Source: a virus
Taxonomy: Duplodnaviria; Caudoviricetes
Length of the DNA stretch: 64,000 nt
Virus record (IMG/VR): IMGVR_UViG_3300013126_000028
Span: 1,595 to 65,594 of that record
Direction: 5' to 3' (one strand)
The translations under genes were made by a program, and so were the position numbers. Under the pieces are notes generated by a model that saw only the letters and a program-made list of their open reading frames with translations, was not told the DNA's origin and did not search any database. Below, one piece after another: positions 20,199-29,971 of the stretch; positions within the stretch are counted from its first letter, which is position 1; the number at the start of each line of letters is the position of its first letter.

Positions 20199-21143
20199 TC
20201 ACCATATAAACTTATTATTGTAATAAGATATTATATCTGATAATTCATCGTCAAAAATCTTAATTGGCTCCCAGCCAAGATTTCTTAATTTAGAATCATC
20301 TAAAGCATATCTTACGTCTTGTCCACTTCTATTATAAGACAAATCTATATAATCTTCTATATCAGAATAACCACTAATGTTTAATATTTTTTTTACCGTT
20401 TCTATATTTGATTGCTCAAAACCTCCACATATATTATATATTTCGTTTTTTACTCCAGATTGTATCATAGTAATAATTGCTCTAGCAGTATCTTCTGCAT
20501 GTAACCAATTTCTAATTGGTGTTCCATTATTATGTAAGGGAATTTTTCGACCAAGTTTAATATATTTACAAGTTTTAGGTATTAGTTTTTCTACATATTG
20601 ACCAATTCCATAATTATTAGTCGGTCTAGCAATAATATACGGGATATTATGAGTTCGCCCCCATGCAAGTATTAACATATCTGCTGCTGCTTTTGTGGCA
20701 GCATAAGGATTGGACGGTTTTAAGATGTCGTTCTCTGTATGATCGCCACTAATAATATCTCCATAAACTTCGTCTGTGCTAATATGTAACAACGTTGGTT
20801 TTATAAAATTTTCTTGTCTATAATTTTGTATTAGTTTTAATAGATTATGAACCCCATCTATATTAGATTTTACAAAATCGTCGCTATTAGCTATTGAATT
20901 ACCAACATGGGTTTCTGCTGCTGTATTAATTATATAATCGCAGTCATATAGAAATTTTAGATCGTTTATATCACACTTAACAAACGAAAAATTTTCAAAC
21001 GAATTAAACTCTTTTAATAATTCATCATTCGCAGCATACGTTATCTTGTCAACTCCTTTTACATACCAGCCTTTATTTAGACATAATCTAGTTATGTGAG
21101 AACCTATGAATCCTAAACATCCTGTTATATATACTATTTTCAT
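20199..21143 (-). CDS. rfbB: dTDP-glucose 4,6-dehydratase
   Basis: TGCLGFIG, DKITYA, AAETHV, STDEVYG, PSNPYAATK, NNYG, EKLIP. Confidence 0.88.
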   Translation of the reverse strand: MKIVYITGCLGFIGSHITRLCLNKGWYVKGVDKITYAANDELLKEFNSFENFSFVKCDINDLKFLYDCDYIINTAAETHVGNSIANSDDFVKSNIDGVHNLLKLIQNYRQENFIKPTLLHISTDEVYGDIISGDHTENDILKPSNPYAATKAAADMLILAWGRTHNIPYIIARPTNNYGIGQYVEKLIPKTCKYIKLGRKIPLHNNGTPIRNWLHAEDTARAIITMIQSGVKNEIYNICGGFEQSNIETVKKILNISGYSDIEDYIDLSYNRSGQDVRYALDDSKLRNLGWEPIKIFDDELSDIISYYNNKFIW

Positions 21144-21156
21144 TTTTAACCTTAAC

Positions 21157-21960
21157 CTAGCACCATATCAAGTTATAATATGAGCTATATAATGAATACG
21201 CAGGATCATTTTCGTCTAGCAAATATCTATTTTGATAAAAAGACATTTGAGATGGGTTGGTTTCTTTGTTTAGGCCAGAAAAGTGTATGGTTGTTAATTT
21301 TTTATTATCAATATACCAAATATTATCTTTAATTTCTAGTTTTCTTTGTTTTATATTCCAGTATGCTACATTGTATCCTGGATGTCTAAATATTTTTGTA
21401 TTACTATCAAAATCCGCAGCAAATCTAAGCCATCCTTGTTCGTTAAAAAACCCGTGACCGGGACTCATAATAGGATATAAAGAAGTTTGTAATTTCCACC
21501 ATTTAATGAAATCTAATCCTTCTTGAGAAGCTGCCCACATACCAGTATTATAATTACCAGCAAGAGCTATGGTGTTGTGTGCTGGTAGACAATTGTCATT
21601 TGGTAAAGGTTTTGTAATATGTGGTATAACTAATATTGAGCTATGTTCTAAATTTTCTTGAAGATCATTATAATTATTGTATGTATAAATATCTCCATCT
21701 ATAAAAACAACTGATTTAAAATTTAATTTTTCGAGTACATATTCTACAACAGCTACTCTTCCAACAGTTAGCCAGTTATTTTCTAATAAACCAAGATCTT
21801 TAGGAGTTAATATTATATCAACTAAATTTGTACAATTAATATCATCCGTTAATAAAACTATAGTATAATCAGGATTATGAATACGACACGATGTAATTGC
21901 ATGTTTACCTTGATTTATGTAGTTTTTATCAAAGATTAAACACACCGCTTTATTATTCAT
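21157..21960 (-). CDS. GT-A glycosyltransferase
   Basis: DGD motif, PHI, G.YNTG, EQGW, HPGYNVAYWN, HFSG. Confidence 0.75.
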   Translation of the reverse strand: MNNKAVCLIFDKNYINQGKHAITSCRIHNPDYTIVLLTDDINCTNLVDIILTPKDLGLLENNWLTVGRVAVVEYVLEKLNFKSVVFIDGDIYTYNNYNDLQENLEHSSILVIPHITKPLPNDNCLPAHNTIALAGNYNTGMWAASQEGLDFIKWWKLQTSLYPIMSPGHGFFNEQGWLRFAADFDSNTKIFRHPGYNVAYWNIKQRKLEIKDNIWYIDNKKLTTIHFSGLNKETNPSQMSFYQNRYLLDENDPAYSLYSSYYNLIWC

Positions 21961-21978
21961 AGATACCTTAACTGTTGT

Positions 21979-22512
21979 CTAGCGTATGTGAATCGTAACA
22001 ACGCTATTTGTCCAAATATCTTCTATAAGTTTTTCTATAAACTTCCATTCTCCTCCAGCTAATCCACTTCCAAATTTGGGAGCATGAATATAGCTTTTGT
22101 CGATATCGTTATTCTTATTTTCAATATCCACAAACTTTTTAACCTCTATCATAGTTTTAACTAGAGCGGCATAATTTAATGGTCTATTGTTCTTTTTACT
22201 AATAATTCCATTTTGGGCTATCATATTAGCAAAAACTATTTTACCGTTAGTTTTACCGTTAGTATTTACAGTTACAAATTGAACGTATCCTAAAGATGCT
22301 TTTTGGCCCAAAAGATAAAAATTCTCTTGGACTATTGGATAGTGATCATTAATATATTTGGTAAATCCACCACCAAAAACACCAATATTGTTGCACACAT
22401 GCGGGACTACTATTAGGTTGGTTTTATTCTCTTGTAGAACTTTTTCTATAGTTTCAAAAATATCTTCATTAGAATATAGTATTTTATTATTATAATTTTC
22501 TTTAAGTTTCAT
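21979..22512 (-). CDS. Macro-domain (ADP-ribose processing) protein
   Basis: HVCNNIGVFGGG, NMIAQ, PKFGSGLAGGEW. Confidence 0.85.
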   Translation of the reverse strand: MKLKENYNNKILYSNEDIFETIEKVLQENKTNLIVVPHVCNNIGVFGGGFTKYINDHYPIVQENFYLLGQKASLGYVQFVTVNTNGKTNGKIVFANMIAQNGIISKKNNRPLNYAALVKTMIEVKKFVDIENKNNDIDKSYIHAPKFGSGLAGGEWKFIEKLIEDIWTNSVVTIHIR

Positions 22513-22753
22513 GTTTGTTCCATTTCCCTAAAGGACACTCTTGATCCGCCCACGCCAATTTATTTAAAAAGATATTCTTATCTGATATATTACATCCACA
22601 AACACTGCATTCTTTTTCTTTACTGTTATACTTATCACAATCTAAACATATTTTATATCTATATTGTATAACTTTATTTCCACTTTTAGGAAATCCTCTA
22701 TATATGTGCCAAAATAAAGACTTGGCAAAATTTTTTAATCTTAAATAGAACAC
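22502..22753 (-). CDS. Cys-rich small protein
   Basis: R..IC..C...C..CGC...K....CP.GKW pattern. Confidence 0.7.
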   Translation of the reverse strand: MFYLRLKNFAKSLFWHIYRGFPKSGNKVIQYRYKICLDCDKYNSKEKECSVCGCNISDKNIFLNKLAWADQECPLGKWNKHET

Positions 22754-22980
22754 TACTGACCTTTTTCCGTAACTTTAATAGGATATATATTATTGTTAGA
22801 GTCTAATCCATATATTGGGAATACTTCCACCATAACGTTAGACTCCAACCATTGTCCAGAACCATCCTTTAATGAATAGCACAATCTATTACCATTAGTT
22901 TTAAAATCATAAGTCAATAGATACTGATTGTTCTTATATTCAAAACAATCTCCCGGTTTAATTTCTTCAATATATTTCAT
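22753..22980 (-). CDS. Hypothetical protein
   Basis: 75-aa ORF in operon. Confidence 0.65.
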   Translation of the reverse strand: MKYIEEIKPGDCFEYKNNQYLLTYDFKTNGNRLCYSLKDGSGQWLESNVMVEVFPIYGLDSNNNIYPIKVTEKGQ

Positions 22981-23164
22981 CGGTCCAATCTTCCCATTTT
23001 TCTTCTTCTTCCATTTCCTCTAGTTTCTTTTTGAGATTTTGCTTATTAAGCTTTTTAAATCTTTGTTCCTCATTAAAATCGCTAGAGTATTTTTTATCTT
23101 TCTTTTTGCTGTCTAATTTTTCTTTGCGAAAAGATTTTCTATCAAAACTATCAAAGTCTTTCAT
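22967..23164 (-). CDS. Charged hypothetical protein
   Basis: 65-aa ORF in operon. Confidence 0.6.
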   Translation of the reverse strand: MKDFDSFDRKSFRKEKLDSKKKDKKYSSDFNEEQRFKKLNKQNLKKKLEEMEEEEKWEDWTDEIY

Positions 23165-23165
23165 T

Positions 23166-23918
23166 TTATTTTTTAGTTTTATTTTCCTCTATCCAAGATA
23201 TAAACTTTTTTACCCTAGTGTGGCCTGACTGTTCATTATACTTGCTTTTGGGAGATCTGTCAATAGCAGTAATACAAGAATTAATTCCTGCTAACTGATT
23301 ATTAATAAAAAGACCTCCTCCACTATCTCCACTAGCAATAAAAAATTCTAGCGAAGTTCTAGTTTTATCTTGTGGTTTAGAGGGGCTGCATATTAATAAA
23401 TCGCTATCTAGAGAATCTATAACATTTGATCCTGCTCGTTTTTTGTCGTCCCACCAATGTGCTCCAGTATTAAAATTTCCCGTTAATCCATATCCAGCAA
23501 TACAACATACTTTTCCAACTTCTTCTTCATTTTTATTATACAAAGATGGATAGAACTTTAAATTAAAAGATTCTTCACAATAACCTATTGCAATGTCTGC
23601 TGTTCCATATTGTTTTTCATTAAAATCTTTATGAATTATTACTATTGATAACGAGTATTTTTCACCATTAAAATAAACAGAACAAGATTTACTGTTTTGT
23701 ACAACATGAGCAGCAGTTAATATATGATGGTCATCTATAGCTACAGCAGAAGCACAAAATTTTGTATCATCCTCATATTTTCCGCATATTTTTCCAACAT
23801 AATGAAAATCTTTAGCATAATTGACGTATTTACTATCTGGAACATTTGGATCTATTGTTCCTGCAAAACTTGACGACAAATTAATAAATAAGATGATAAA
23901 TAAGATTTTTTTGAACAT
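23166..23918 (-). CDS. Secreted trypsin-like (S1) serine protease
   Basis: Signal peptide; LTAAH, DIA, GDSGG catalytic triad motifs. Confidence 0.9.
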   Translation of the reverse strand: MFKKILFIILFINLSSSFAGTIDPNVPDSKYVNYAKDFHYVGKICGKYEDDTKFCASAVAIDDHHILTAAHVVQNSKSCSVYFNGEKYSLSIVIIHKDFNEKQYGTADIAIGYCEESFNLKFYPSLYNKNEEEVGKVCCIAGYGLTGNFNTGAHWWDDKKRAGSNVIDSLDSDLLICSPSKPQDKTRTSLEFFIASGDSGGGLFINNQLAGINSCITAIDRSPKSKYNEQSGHTRVKKFISWIEENKTKK

Positions 23919-23971
23919 ATTACCCCTCCAAATATTTGAGTAAATCGTCCGTCTTATTTATATACACCTAA

Positions 23972-24970
23972 TTATAAGACTTTAGCCGCTATTAAACATC
24001 CTTTTGCTACAGAATGAATAGGATCATTAGCATGAACCACCTCTTTTATTGGTAGAGGAAAGTTATTTTCTATTAGTTTTTTATGAAAAGTTTCTACATA
24101 ACCTTTGGCTAACGATGTTCCTCCAGCAACCACTATCTTAAGAGGTTCTTTAAACTTCGGTAAACTTTTGTGATCTGTTAAGGCAAACGCTAATTGTTTA
24201 GTGGTATAATCAATTAGTCTTTCATAATAAGAACTTACTGCTACTAATATAGGATTATCATTATTTTCTCCTATAACAAATCCGCCCGCTTCTTTTTCCG
24301 CTTGAACAACAGTATCTTTTTCTCCTGTTGCAATAGAGGTCATTCTGTCGATCCAATCCCCGCTACGCACAGTAGACAGTTTAACTGTTGGCTCACCGTT
24401 TAACATAACACAAATATTTTGCATACCACTCCCGGCCGACACAGAGATTCCAGTATAATCATCATTCTCTAATTCTGCATAACAAATTGCTTCTGCTTCA
24501 TTAATAGCCCTAGCGTCATAACCACATTCTGTAAAAATTGATTTTAAGACATCTTCATGATATCCAATATCAAAATCTTCGTCTTCTACATCTACTGGTT
24601 GAGCAGGAACGCAGAAAACTAACTTTTCCCCTGGTTCTGATGGACTACCAGCAACTTCTTTTAAGATAAAGGCTAAAATTCTTTTAGCATCTTTTTCTTT
24701 TGCCGAAACTACTCCTTTATACATTGGCCTTTTAGCGTTATCATTTCTTTCTATAGCTTTTTCTATAGCATCTTTACCTAATATGATAAATGAACCGTCA
24801 CTATCTTTAATAAAAGTTTTGCTCGCTAATCCTTTTTCTATCATTTTAGTTGCTACTGGAGTAGTAGGTTTGATAACATAAAAGGCATCTCTAAAATCTT
24901 TGTATTCTATTTGACCCTCATTATCTTTGGCTTTTACTATAAAGCTAGTACCAACATCTATCCCGATCAT
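23972..24970 (-). CDS. Actin-fold ATPase (MreB/ParM-like)
   Basis: IGIDVGT, INEAEA, SAGSG, EKE, VAGGTS, VAKG. Confidence 0.8.
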   Translation of the reverse strand: MIGIDVGTSFIVKAKDNEGQIEYKDFRDAFYVIKPTTPVATKMIEKGLASKTFIKDSDGSFIILGKDAIEKAIERNDNAKRPMYKGVVSAKEKDAKRILAFILKEVAGSPSEPGEKLVFCVPAQPVDVEDEDFDIGYHEDVLKSIFTECGYDARAINEAEAICYAELENDDYTGISVSAGSGMQNICVMLNGEPTVKLSTVRSGDWIDRMTSIATGEKDTVVQAEKEAGGFVIGENNDNPILVAVSSYYERLIDYTTKQLAFALTDHKSLPKFKEPLKIVVAGGTSLAKGYVETFHKKLIENNFPLPIKEVVHANDPIHSVAKGCLIAAKVL

Positions 24971-24980
24971 GTTATACCTC

Positions 24981-25286
24981 TTAGTTTTTCATATTTTTAA
25001 GTTTGTTTACTGCTCCAGATATATCTTCTGATGAAGTTTTAGTTTCGCCAAGAGAATCATACTTCTTTTCTAATTTATTAGTATCAATGTTTAAAACAAC
25101 CTTTTTATCATCTATTGTTATTTGATTTTTGATTTTTTGTTCCGCTTGTTGTTGTTTAAAGAAAGACTGTGTGTTACTTTCATTAGTTAAACCTTTTAAG
25201 CTTTTACCCAATAAAAAGCCTATAAGAAAAGTATTAATATTAATGATGCCAAATAATAAAACTAGTTTAGCATCAAAACTTAGCAT
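24981..25286 (-). CDS. Single-TM membrane protein
   Basis: Hydrophobic N-terminus then soluble domain. Confidence 0.65.
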   Translation of the reverse strand: MLSFDAKLVLLFGIININTFLIGFLLGKSLKGLTNESNTQSFFKQQQAEQKIKNQITIDDKKVVLNIDTNKLEKKYDSLGETKTSSEDISGAVNKLKNMKN

Positions 25287-25656
25287 TTTTTAACCATTTT
25301 TTGTAATTTTCTAAAGAATATCCAGTCATTGAATATTTAACCTCTTTATTTACTAGTATTTTACTATCAGGAATAAGAGATATTTTGTATTCTTTTTTAT
25401 ACTCTGGATTGGTTTTTATATTTACATAACATATAATATAACGATCCATTTCTGGAATTTTGTTATCCAGTAGATCTTTTTTTAGCTTTAAGCAGTAGCG
25501 ACAGTCATCTGAACCAAAAATTATAAGAGGGGTCTTTCCTGTTTCTTCAGACAGTTGTAGAGTTTCTTCTATGGAAGATAATATAAATCCTTCATTAGCA
25601 TAAATTAATGTTGATAATGATATAAAAATCATAAAAGCTGATAAAAATTTAATCAT
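25273..25656 (-). CDS. Exported thioredoxin-like protein
   Basis: Signal peptide, CRYC (CxxC), LIP. Confidence 0.75.
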   Translation of the reverse strand: MIKFLSAFMIFISLSTLIYANEGFILSSIEETLQLSEETGKTPLIIFGSDDCRYCLKLKKDLLDNKIPEMDRYIICYVNIKTNPEYKKEYKISLIPDSKILVNKEVKYSMTGYSLENYKKWLKNAKF

Positions 25657-26543
25657 ATATTGCCGATCACCCTTCCTTTTTGAGTTCTGTGTACAAATCC
25701 TTTTCTGACTAAATATGGTTCGATGCTATTCTCAATAGTTTCTATTGCTATTCCAGTTAACGAACTAATGGCTTTTAACCCCAAAGGATTACCTTTATTT
25801 TTCTTTAGAATATCCAAATACATATTATCATACACATCTAGTCCATTTTTATCAATTCCTTGACTATTGAATATATCATCAATACTACAATTATTTCCAT
25901 GACACATAACATAATTATGATACCATTGTAGTCTAGCGTTTAAAATTCGCGGAGTACCTTTGCTTCTTTTAGCAATTTCCAAAAGGTCTGAAGGTGATAT
26001 GACTATTCCTAGACTACCAGAGTTCAATCCTGCTAGTTTGGCTAGTTCATCGTCAGAATAAAAAGTCAAATGTTCTTTAATAGTGAATCTATCATAAAAA
26101 GGACGACTTAAGGTTCCAGAATTAGTAGTTGCTCCCACTAGAGTAAATGCTGGAACTTCAATTTCTTCTGGTTCTTTTTCTAAAATAATATTAATTTTGA
26201 AATCTTCCATAACAGGATATAAGAATTCTTCAACCAGTTTGGGTAGTCTGTGGATCTCGTCGATAAAAAATACTGATCTTTTAGTCATTCTCAACAAATA
26301 GGGCAAAACGCTTTTAACGCTGCGTAAATTAGCCGCATTTGCTGTATATAGATTTACATCCATTTCCGTGGCTATAGCACCCGCTATGGTCGTTTTACCC
26401 AGCCCAGGAGGCCCGTCAATTAAAACATGAGGCATCACACTGTTGGTTTTTTTACATCCCAGCGTGGAAATTTTTAACCGATCAATAACACTAGTTTGCC
26501 CAATAATTTTATCAAATGATGTTGGTCTTTTAATTGCTGACAT
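25653..26543 (-). CDS. ruvB: Holliday junction branch-migration ATPase RuvB
   Basis: RP..F..IIGQ, GPPGLGKTT, FIDEIHRL, EEFLYPVMEDF, GATT, DRF, GTPR, IEPYL, RT.KGR. Confidence 0.93.
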   Translation of the reverse strand: MSAIKRPTSFDKIIGQTSVIDRLKISTLGCKKTNSVMPHVLIDGPPGLGKTTIAGAIATEMDVNLYTANAANLRSVKSVLPYLLRMTKRSVFFIDEIHRLPKLVEEFLYPVMEDFKINIILEKEPEEIEVPAFTLVGATTNSGTLSRPFYDRFTIKEHLTFYSDDELAKLAGLNSGSLGIVISPSDLLEIAKRSKGTPRILNARLQWYHNYVMCHGNNCSIDDIFNSQGIDKNGLDVYDNMYLDILKKNKGNPLGLKAISSLTGIAIETIENSIEPYLVRKGFVHRTQKGRVIGNI

Positions 26544-26946
26544 TTAATTCCTCCAAATTTTGTAATACATACTTTACCAATAAAGATCCGCTAGTAACAG
26601 GATTTTTAGAATATGCTTGTTCTACTAGAGTAGACGCTTCTTCACTTGTAAATCCATAATCAACCAACAGTCTAACAGAAGCGTCCCTTAAATCAATAGG
26701 AATTTTAGATTTTTCTATAACTTTAGTTTGTTCGGGTTTAGCTGTTATTTCTGTATCATAGAATACTATTTTTAGTTTTTTGATTTGTTTTGGCTTAAAG
26801 ATATTACCACAATCACAAACAATTTTAAAGTTTTTTGTTTGAGTTTCTTTTAAAGATAGCCAATGATCAAATCCACATTTTTTATCTGGACATTTATATT
26901 GAAAATGAGCATCAATATCAATCGGTTTCTGGTTTTTCTTCTTCAT
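26530..26946 (-). CDS. Zn-ribbon protein fused to a RuvA C-terminal-like domain
   Basis: CPDKKC...CDCG then DASVRLLVDYGFTSEEA..LV resembling RuvA domain III; overlaps ruvB start. Confidence 0.6.
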   Translation of the reverse strand: MKKKNQKPIDIDAHFQYKCPDKKCGFDHWLSLKETQTKNFKIVCDCGNIFKPKQIKKLKIVFYDTEITAKPEQTKVIEKSKIPIDLRDASVRLLVDYGFTSEEASTLVEQAYSKNPVTSGSLLVKYVLQNLEELNVSN

Positions 26947-27337
26947 CTTTTTTTACCCAGAAAACGAACTCATTGGATTCTGTATCAAATGCAGTTTCTA
27001 CCAATCCTTTTTGAACTAAATTACTCATAATATTACTTACCATTCTATCATTAAGTTTATATACTATTTCAGCAAATATTTCATCATTAAGAATATATCT
27101 AATTTTTTTTGTTATTTTGTTTCTTTCTCTTTTAAGATTTTCTTTAATAATAACTAAACTTTCTTGATGAGACAATATTCTATCGAATTCTTCTTTTTCT
27201 TCTTTTGCAACATCGTCTATAAGAATATCTAGATCTGTTCTATCCTTCCAACTTCCAAAGTTATTATAGACTATAGCTCTTGCTTTATCTGTAAATTTTG
27301 ATAAATCTGGCACAATAAAATATTCTGATTCGGACAT
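26918..27337 (-). CDS. Hypothetical protein, paralogue of 44918..45313
   Basis: Shared Y.I.DL...T...R and L...LVE.A.D...NE.VFW. Confidence 0.7.
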   Translation of the reverse strand: MSESEYFIVPDLSKFTDKARAIVYNNFGSWKDRTDLDILIDDVAKEEKEEFDRILSHQESLVIIKENLKRERNKITKKIRYILNDEIFAEIVYKLNDRMVSNIMSNLVQKGLVETAFDTESNEFVFWVKKDEEEKPETD

Positions 27338-27346
27338 AACTTCCTC

Positions 27347-27778
27347 TTAGTTTAGTATATCAAACAAACCTTTGTAATAATTAGGTTGTTTAATAAAATG
27401 TGTAGCATTTGACTGTAAGTGTTTTTTATACTCTTGATTTATAGGATTATTAATCCAATATTTACTTTTCCATATTGGTTCTTTATTATAATTGGATCCC
27501 AAATACTGGAACTTGTCGTTCGCAGTATTGGGATTCCAACTATTCACAGGAAACATCGACTCTTTTTTATTGAAAAAGTGTTCAAGACCCCAGATTTTAT
27601 CTAATTGATTCATCATAGAATCTTCAAGGGGATTGATTAGATTATTGACTATATCATGAATCCATTTAGAAAATGATGGATTTTGACTAACATCAAATTT
27701 GAAATACCATATATTTTGGTTGTCATAATCATATTGATCATCATCATACCCATCGTCTTCATCATATGGATCGTGCAT
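27347..27778 (-). CDS. Hypothetical protein
   Basis: 143-aa ORF, acidic N-terminus. Confidence 0.65.
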   Translation of the reverse strand: MHDPYDEDDGYDDDQYDYDNQNIWYFKFDVSQNPSFSKWIHDIVNNLINPLEDSMMNQLDKIWGLEHFFNKKESMFPVNSWNPNTANDKFQYLGSNYNKEPIWKSKYWINNPINQEYKKHLQSNATHFIKQPNYYKGLFDILN

Positions 27779-27781
27779 ATT

Positions 27782-28906
27782 TCATCCTACGCAAAATTCA
27801 TCACCTAGTTGAGTAGCAAGGTCTTTGGCCGCACTACTCAGGAAGCGGTTGTTGCTAAAATACAACGCTGTGGACGCTTGGTTGAGGTATTCCACGACCG
27901 TTTTTAAAAGTTTGGTCTGCTGGTGGGTCAGATTTAAACAGCCCTTGTCGCCATCCCAAGAAACCGGCTGAACTGGCATTGGTTCACCATTAACTTTGTT
28001 GAATCGCTGGTTATTGGAATTCCAGCGGTGAAACTCGTCGCCTTCATAAACTATACTAACACTATCAGTTGTATTTTTTTGACCACAATTGTTGTTCGTC
28101 AACTCTCTAAGAATTTGTTGAGCAACATCAACTGATACTGGTAGTCCGTTAGCGTCTGCTTTCTTATAAGCCTTAGCATAACCATTGTGCCATTGATCGC
28201 TGCACTTTGCCGGATCAATCACAATATTTGTGGTCTGACCAGTAAGAGCGGACTGTAATTGCTCCACTTGAATCTTTTGACCAGTTGAGCCAGGAAGAAT
28301 ACTGGTAAAGTAAGGAGCCTTCTTTTCCCAGCACTTACGCCACCAAGTATAAGGAACCCTATAAATCTGATTGGCCTTGATCGCACGAGGATCTCCGCCA
28401 AAGTAATTTACCAGTTTCTTTTGGAGTCCGTTCCAGTAGGTCTTGTTTTTGCCTACAAGTTTACGAGAATGATCATCAAAAATCCAGTAGCACTGATATC
28501 CGTTACGAGTATCTACTACCCAACTAGGACGTACCGGAAAGTTGTTGATCTTATCAAGAAACCGTTTTTTCTTTTGCATTACGATACTGGGCTTAAAATA
28601 CTTACCTTCATTGTCACGACCAGCATCCATATCACAAAAACAACAAGAGAACTCATTGATCGCATACATTTTACGACCACCATTGATATAGAAGTAAACA
28701 TCAGAACTTTTCTCTAAATTAGCAGTAAGAGCATCGTCCAAAAATCCTGTGTGACTCATGCTACTAATCTTCTTGCGAGGATCTCCATTGTAGCAGAATA
28801 TGTGATTAATTCCAAAAGAGTCGAGAAATTTATTTCTCAGCCCCACAGCAGGAGCATTATAATTATTCTTATCAAAAGGGTTAAAACCAAGATCGTCACT
28901 AAACAT
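27782..28906 (-). CDS. RepB'/AEP-like DNA primase domain protein
   Basis: VYFYING, FCDMD (DxD), PSWVVDTRNGYQCYW, GDP, RVP. Confidence 0.7.
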   Translation of the reverse strand: MFSDDLGFNPFDKNNYNAPAVGLRNKFLDSFGINHIFCYNGDPRKKISSMSHTGFLDDALTANLEKSSDVYFYINGGRKMYAINEFSCCFCDMDAGRDNEGKYFKPSIVMQKKKRFLDKINNFPVRPSWVVDTRNGYQCYWIFDDHSRKLVGKNKTYWNGLQKKLVNYFGGDPRAIKANQIYRVPYTWWRKCWEKKAPYFTSILPGSTGQKIQVEQLQSALTGQTTNIVIDPAKCSDQWHNGYAKAYKKADANGLPVSVDVAQQILRELTNNNCGQKNTTDSVSIVYEGDEFHRWNSNNQRFNKVNGEPMPVQPVSWDGDKGCLNLTHQQTKLLKTVVEYLNQASTALYFSNNRFLSSAAKDLATQLGDEFCVG

Positions 28907-28970
28907 ATTTCACCATTTCCTGTAAAAAACCTATATTGGGAAAGTAACCTCTACCGTCATAGTCAATATA

Positions 28971-29036
28971 AAAGGAATTAGGGAATCGAACCCTAAGACT
29001 TAGCACTAACTAGTCCAGCCCCCAGACTATTCCTTT
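28971..29036 (-). ncRNA. tRNA-like mini element (acceptor stem plus T-arm)
   Basis: AAAGGAAT/ATTCCTTT closing stem; perfect T-arm TAGGG-TTCGATT-CCCTA; no canonical D/anticodon arms. Confidence 0.5.
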
Positions 29037-29044
29037 AGCCTTAA

Positions 29045-29971
29045 TCAATACTTGCTAGGAGGCAAACCCCACTGGTCATCTTCCTCCATATCATCCTCAT
29101 CTTCATAATCGTCCTCGTCATCATCAAACTGATCCCAGTATTCACTGTCGAGATCATAATCTTCATCATCCTCATAATCAGCATATTCATCTTCAGAAAA
29201 GTTAGCCGAATAAAGAGGCTTGACTAGTTCGCCTTGATACTCTCCAACAACTTCATATTGGCAAGTGCGAAGTTTCTCACAGTTACAATCACTAGGAACA
29301 CTCACAACATCACGCGGATTAATCTTAACGATCACGATACGATCACCACTTTCCACAGACCCATAACCAGCAACATAATTCAATGCACCAGCATGAAGTC
29401 CATCAGAACAACCCCTAGCACGATCATCATCAACCTTGGCTCTTTGCATTTTGCAAATCTTGCCAACACTATTATCAAATGCTCCACGATACTTATCCTT
29501 GTAATCATTCCTAACTGCCTTATAAGCAAGGAAATACCCATCCTCAGTAATAGGCAGATGCTCATGCTCAAGGAAATCATAGAGTTCCTTCTGACTCTGC
29601 ATACTAGGATTATCCATCAAATTATTGAGAAAATTAACAAGAGGCTGAAAAGGTAATCCCTTGCTCATAAACTCCAGAATACGCTTGCTGATACTACCAT
29701 GAACAACCTCACCCTCATAGGTGACTTGACCATCCTTAATCTCAACAAGACCATCACTAAAAGTAGCCACAGCCTTTTCTACATCAACAACTTCAAGAAG
29801 TTCATCAGAGGTCGCTGTTGGCAACTTCTCCATAATCATCTTGTAGTTAATATGATCCGGCAAAACCTGATAGGTCTTATTGTTAAGAACCAACGTAAGA
29901 TTACCATCAACAAACATAAAAGGAACTGACATAATTAAATCTCCTGTTAAAGTTACCTGTGAATAAATCAA
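29045..29971 (-). CDS. rIIB: rIIB-like protein
   Basis: F...L..NPS, LYDFL, ITEDG.FLAYKAV, CS.GLH, VKINPRDVVSVP.D...KLRTC.YEV; follows rIIA-like gene. Confidence 0.88.
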   Translation of the reverse strand: MIYSQVTLTGDLIMSVPFMFVDGNLTLVLNNKTYQVLPDHINYKMIMEKLPTATSDELLEVVDVEKAVATFSDGLVEIKDGQVTYEGEVVHGSISKRILEFMSKGLPFQPLVNFLNNLMDNPSMQSQKELYDFLEHEHLPITEDGYFLAYKAVRNDYKDKYRGAFDNSVGKICKMQRAKVDDDRARGCSDGLHAGALNYVAGYGSVESGDRIVIVKINPRDVVSVPSDCNCEKLRTCQYEVVGEYQGELVKPLYSANFSEDEYADYEDDEDYDLDSEYWDQFDDDEDDYEDEDDMEEDDQWGLPPSKY

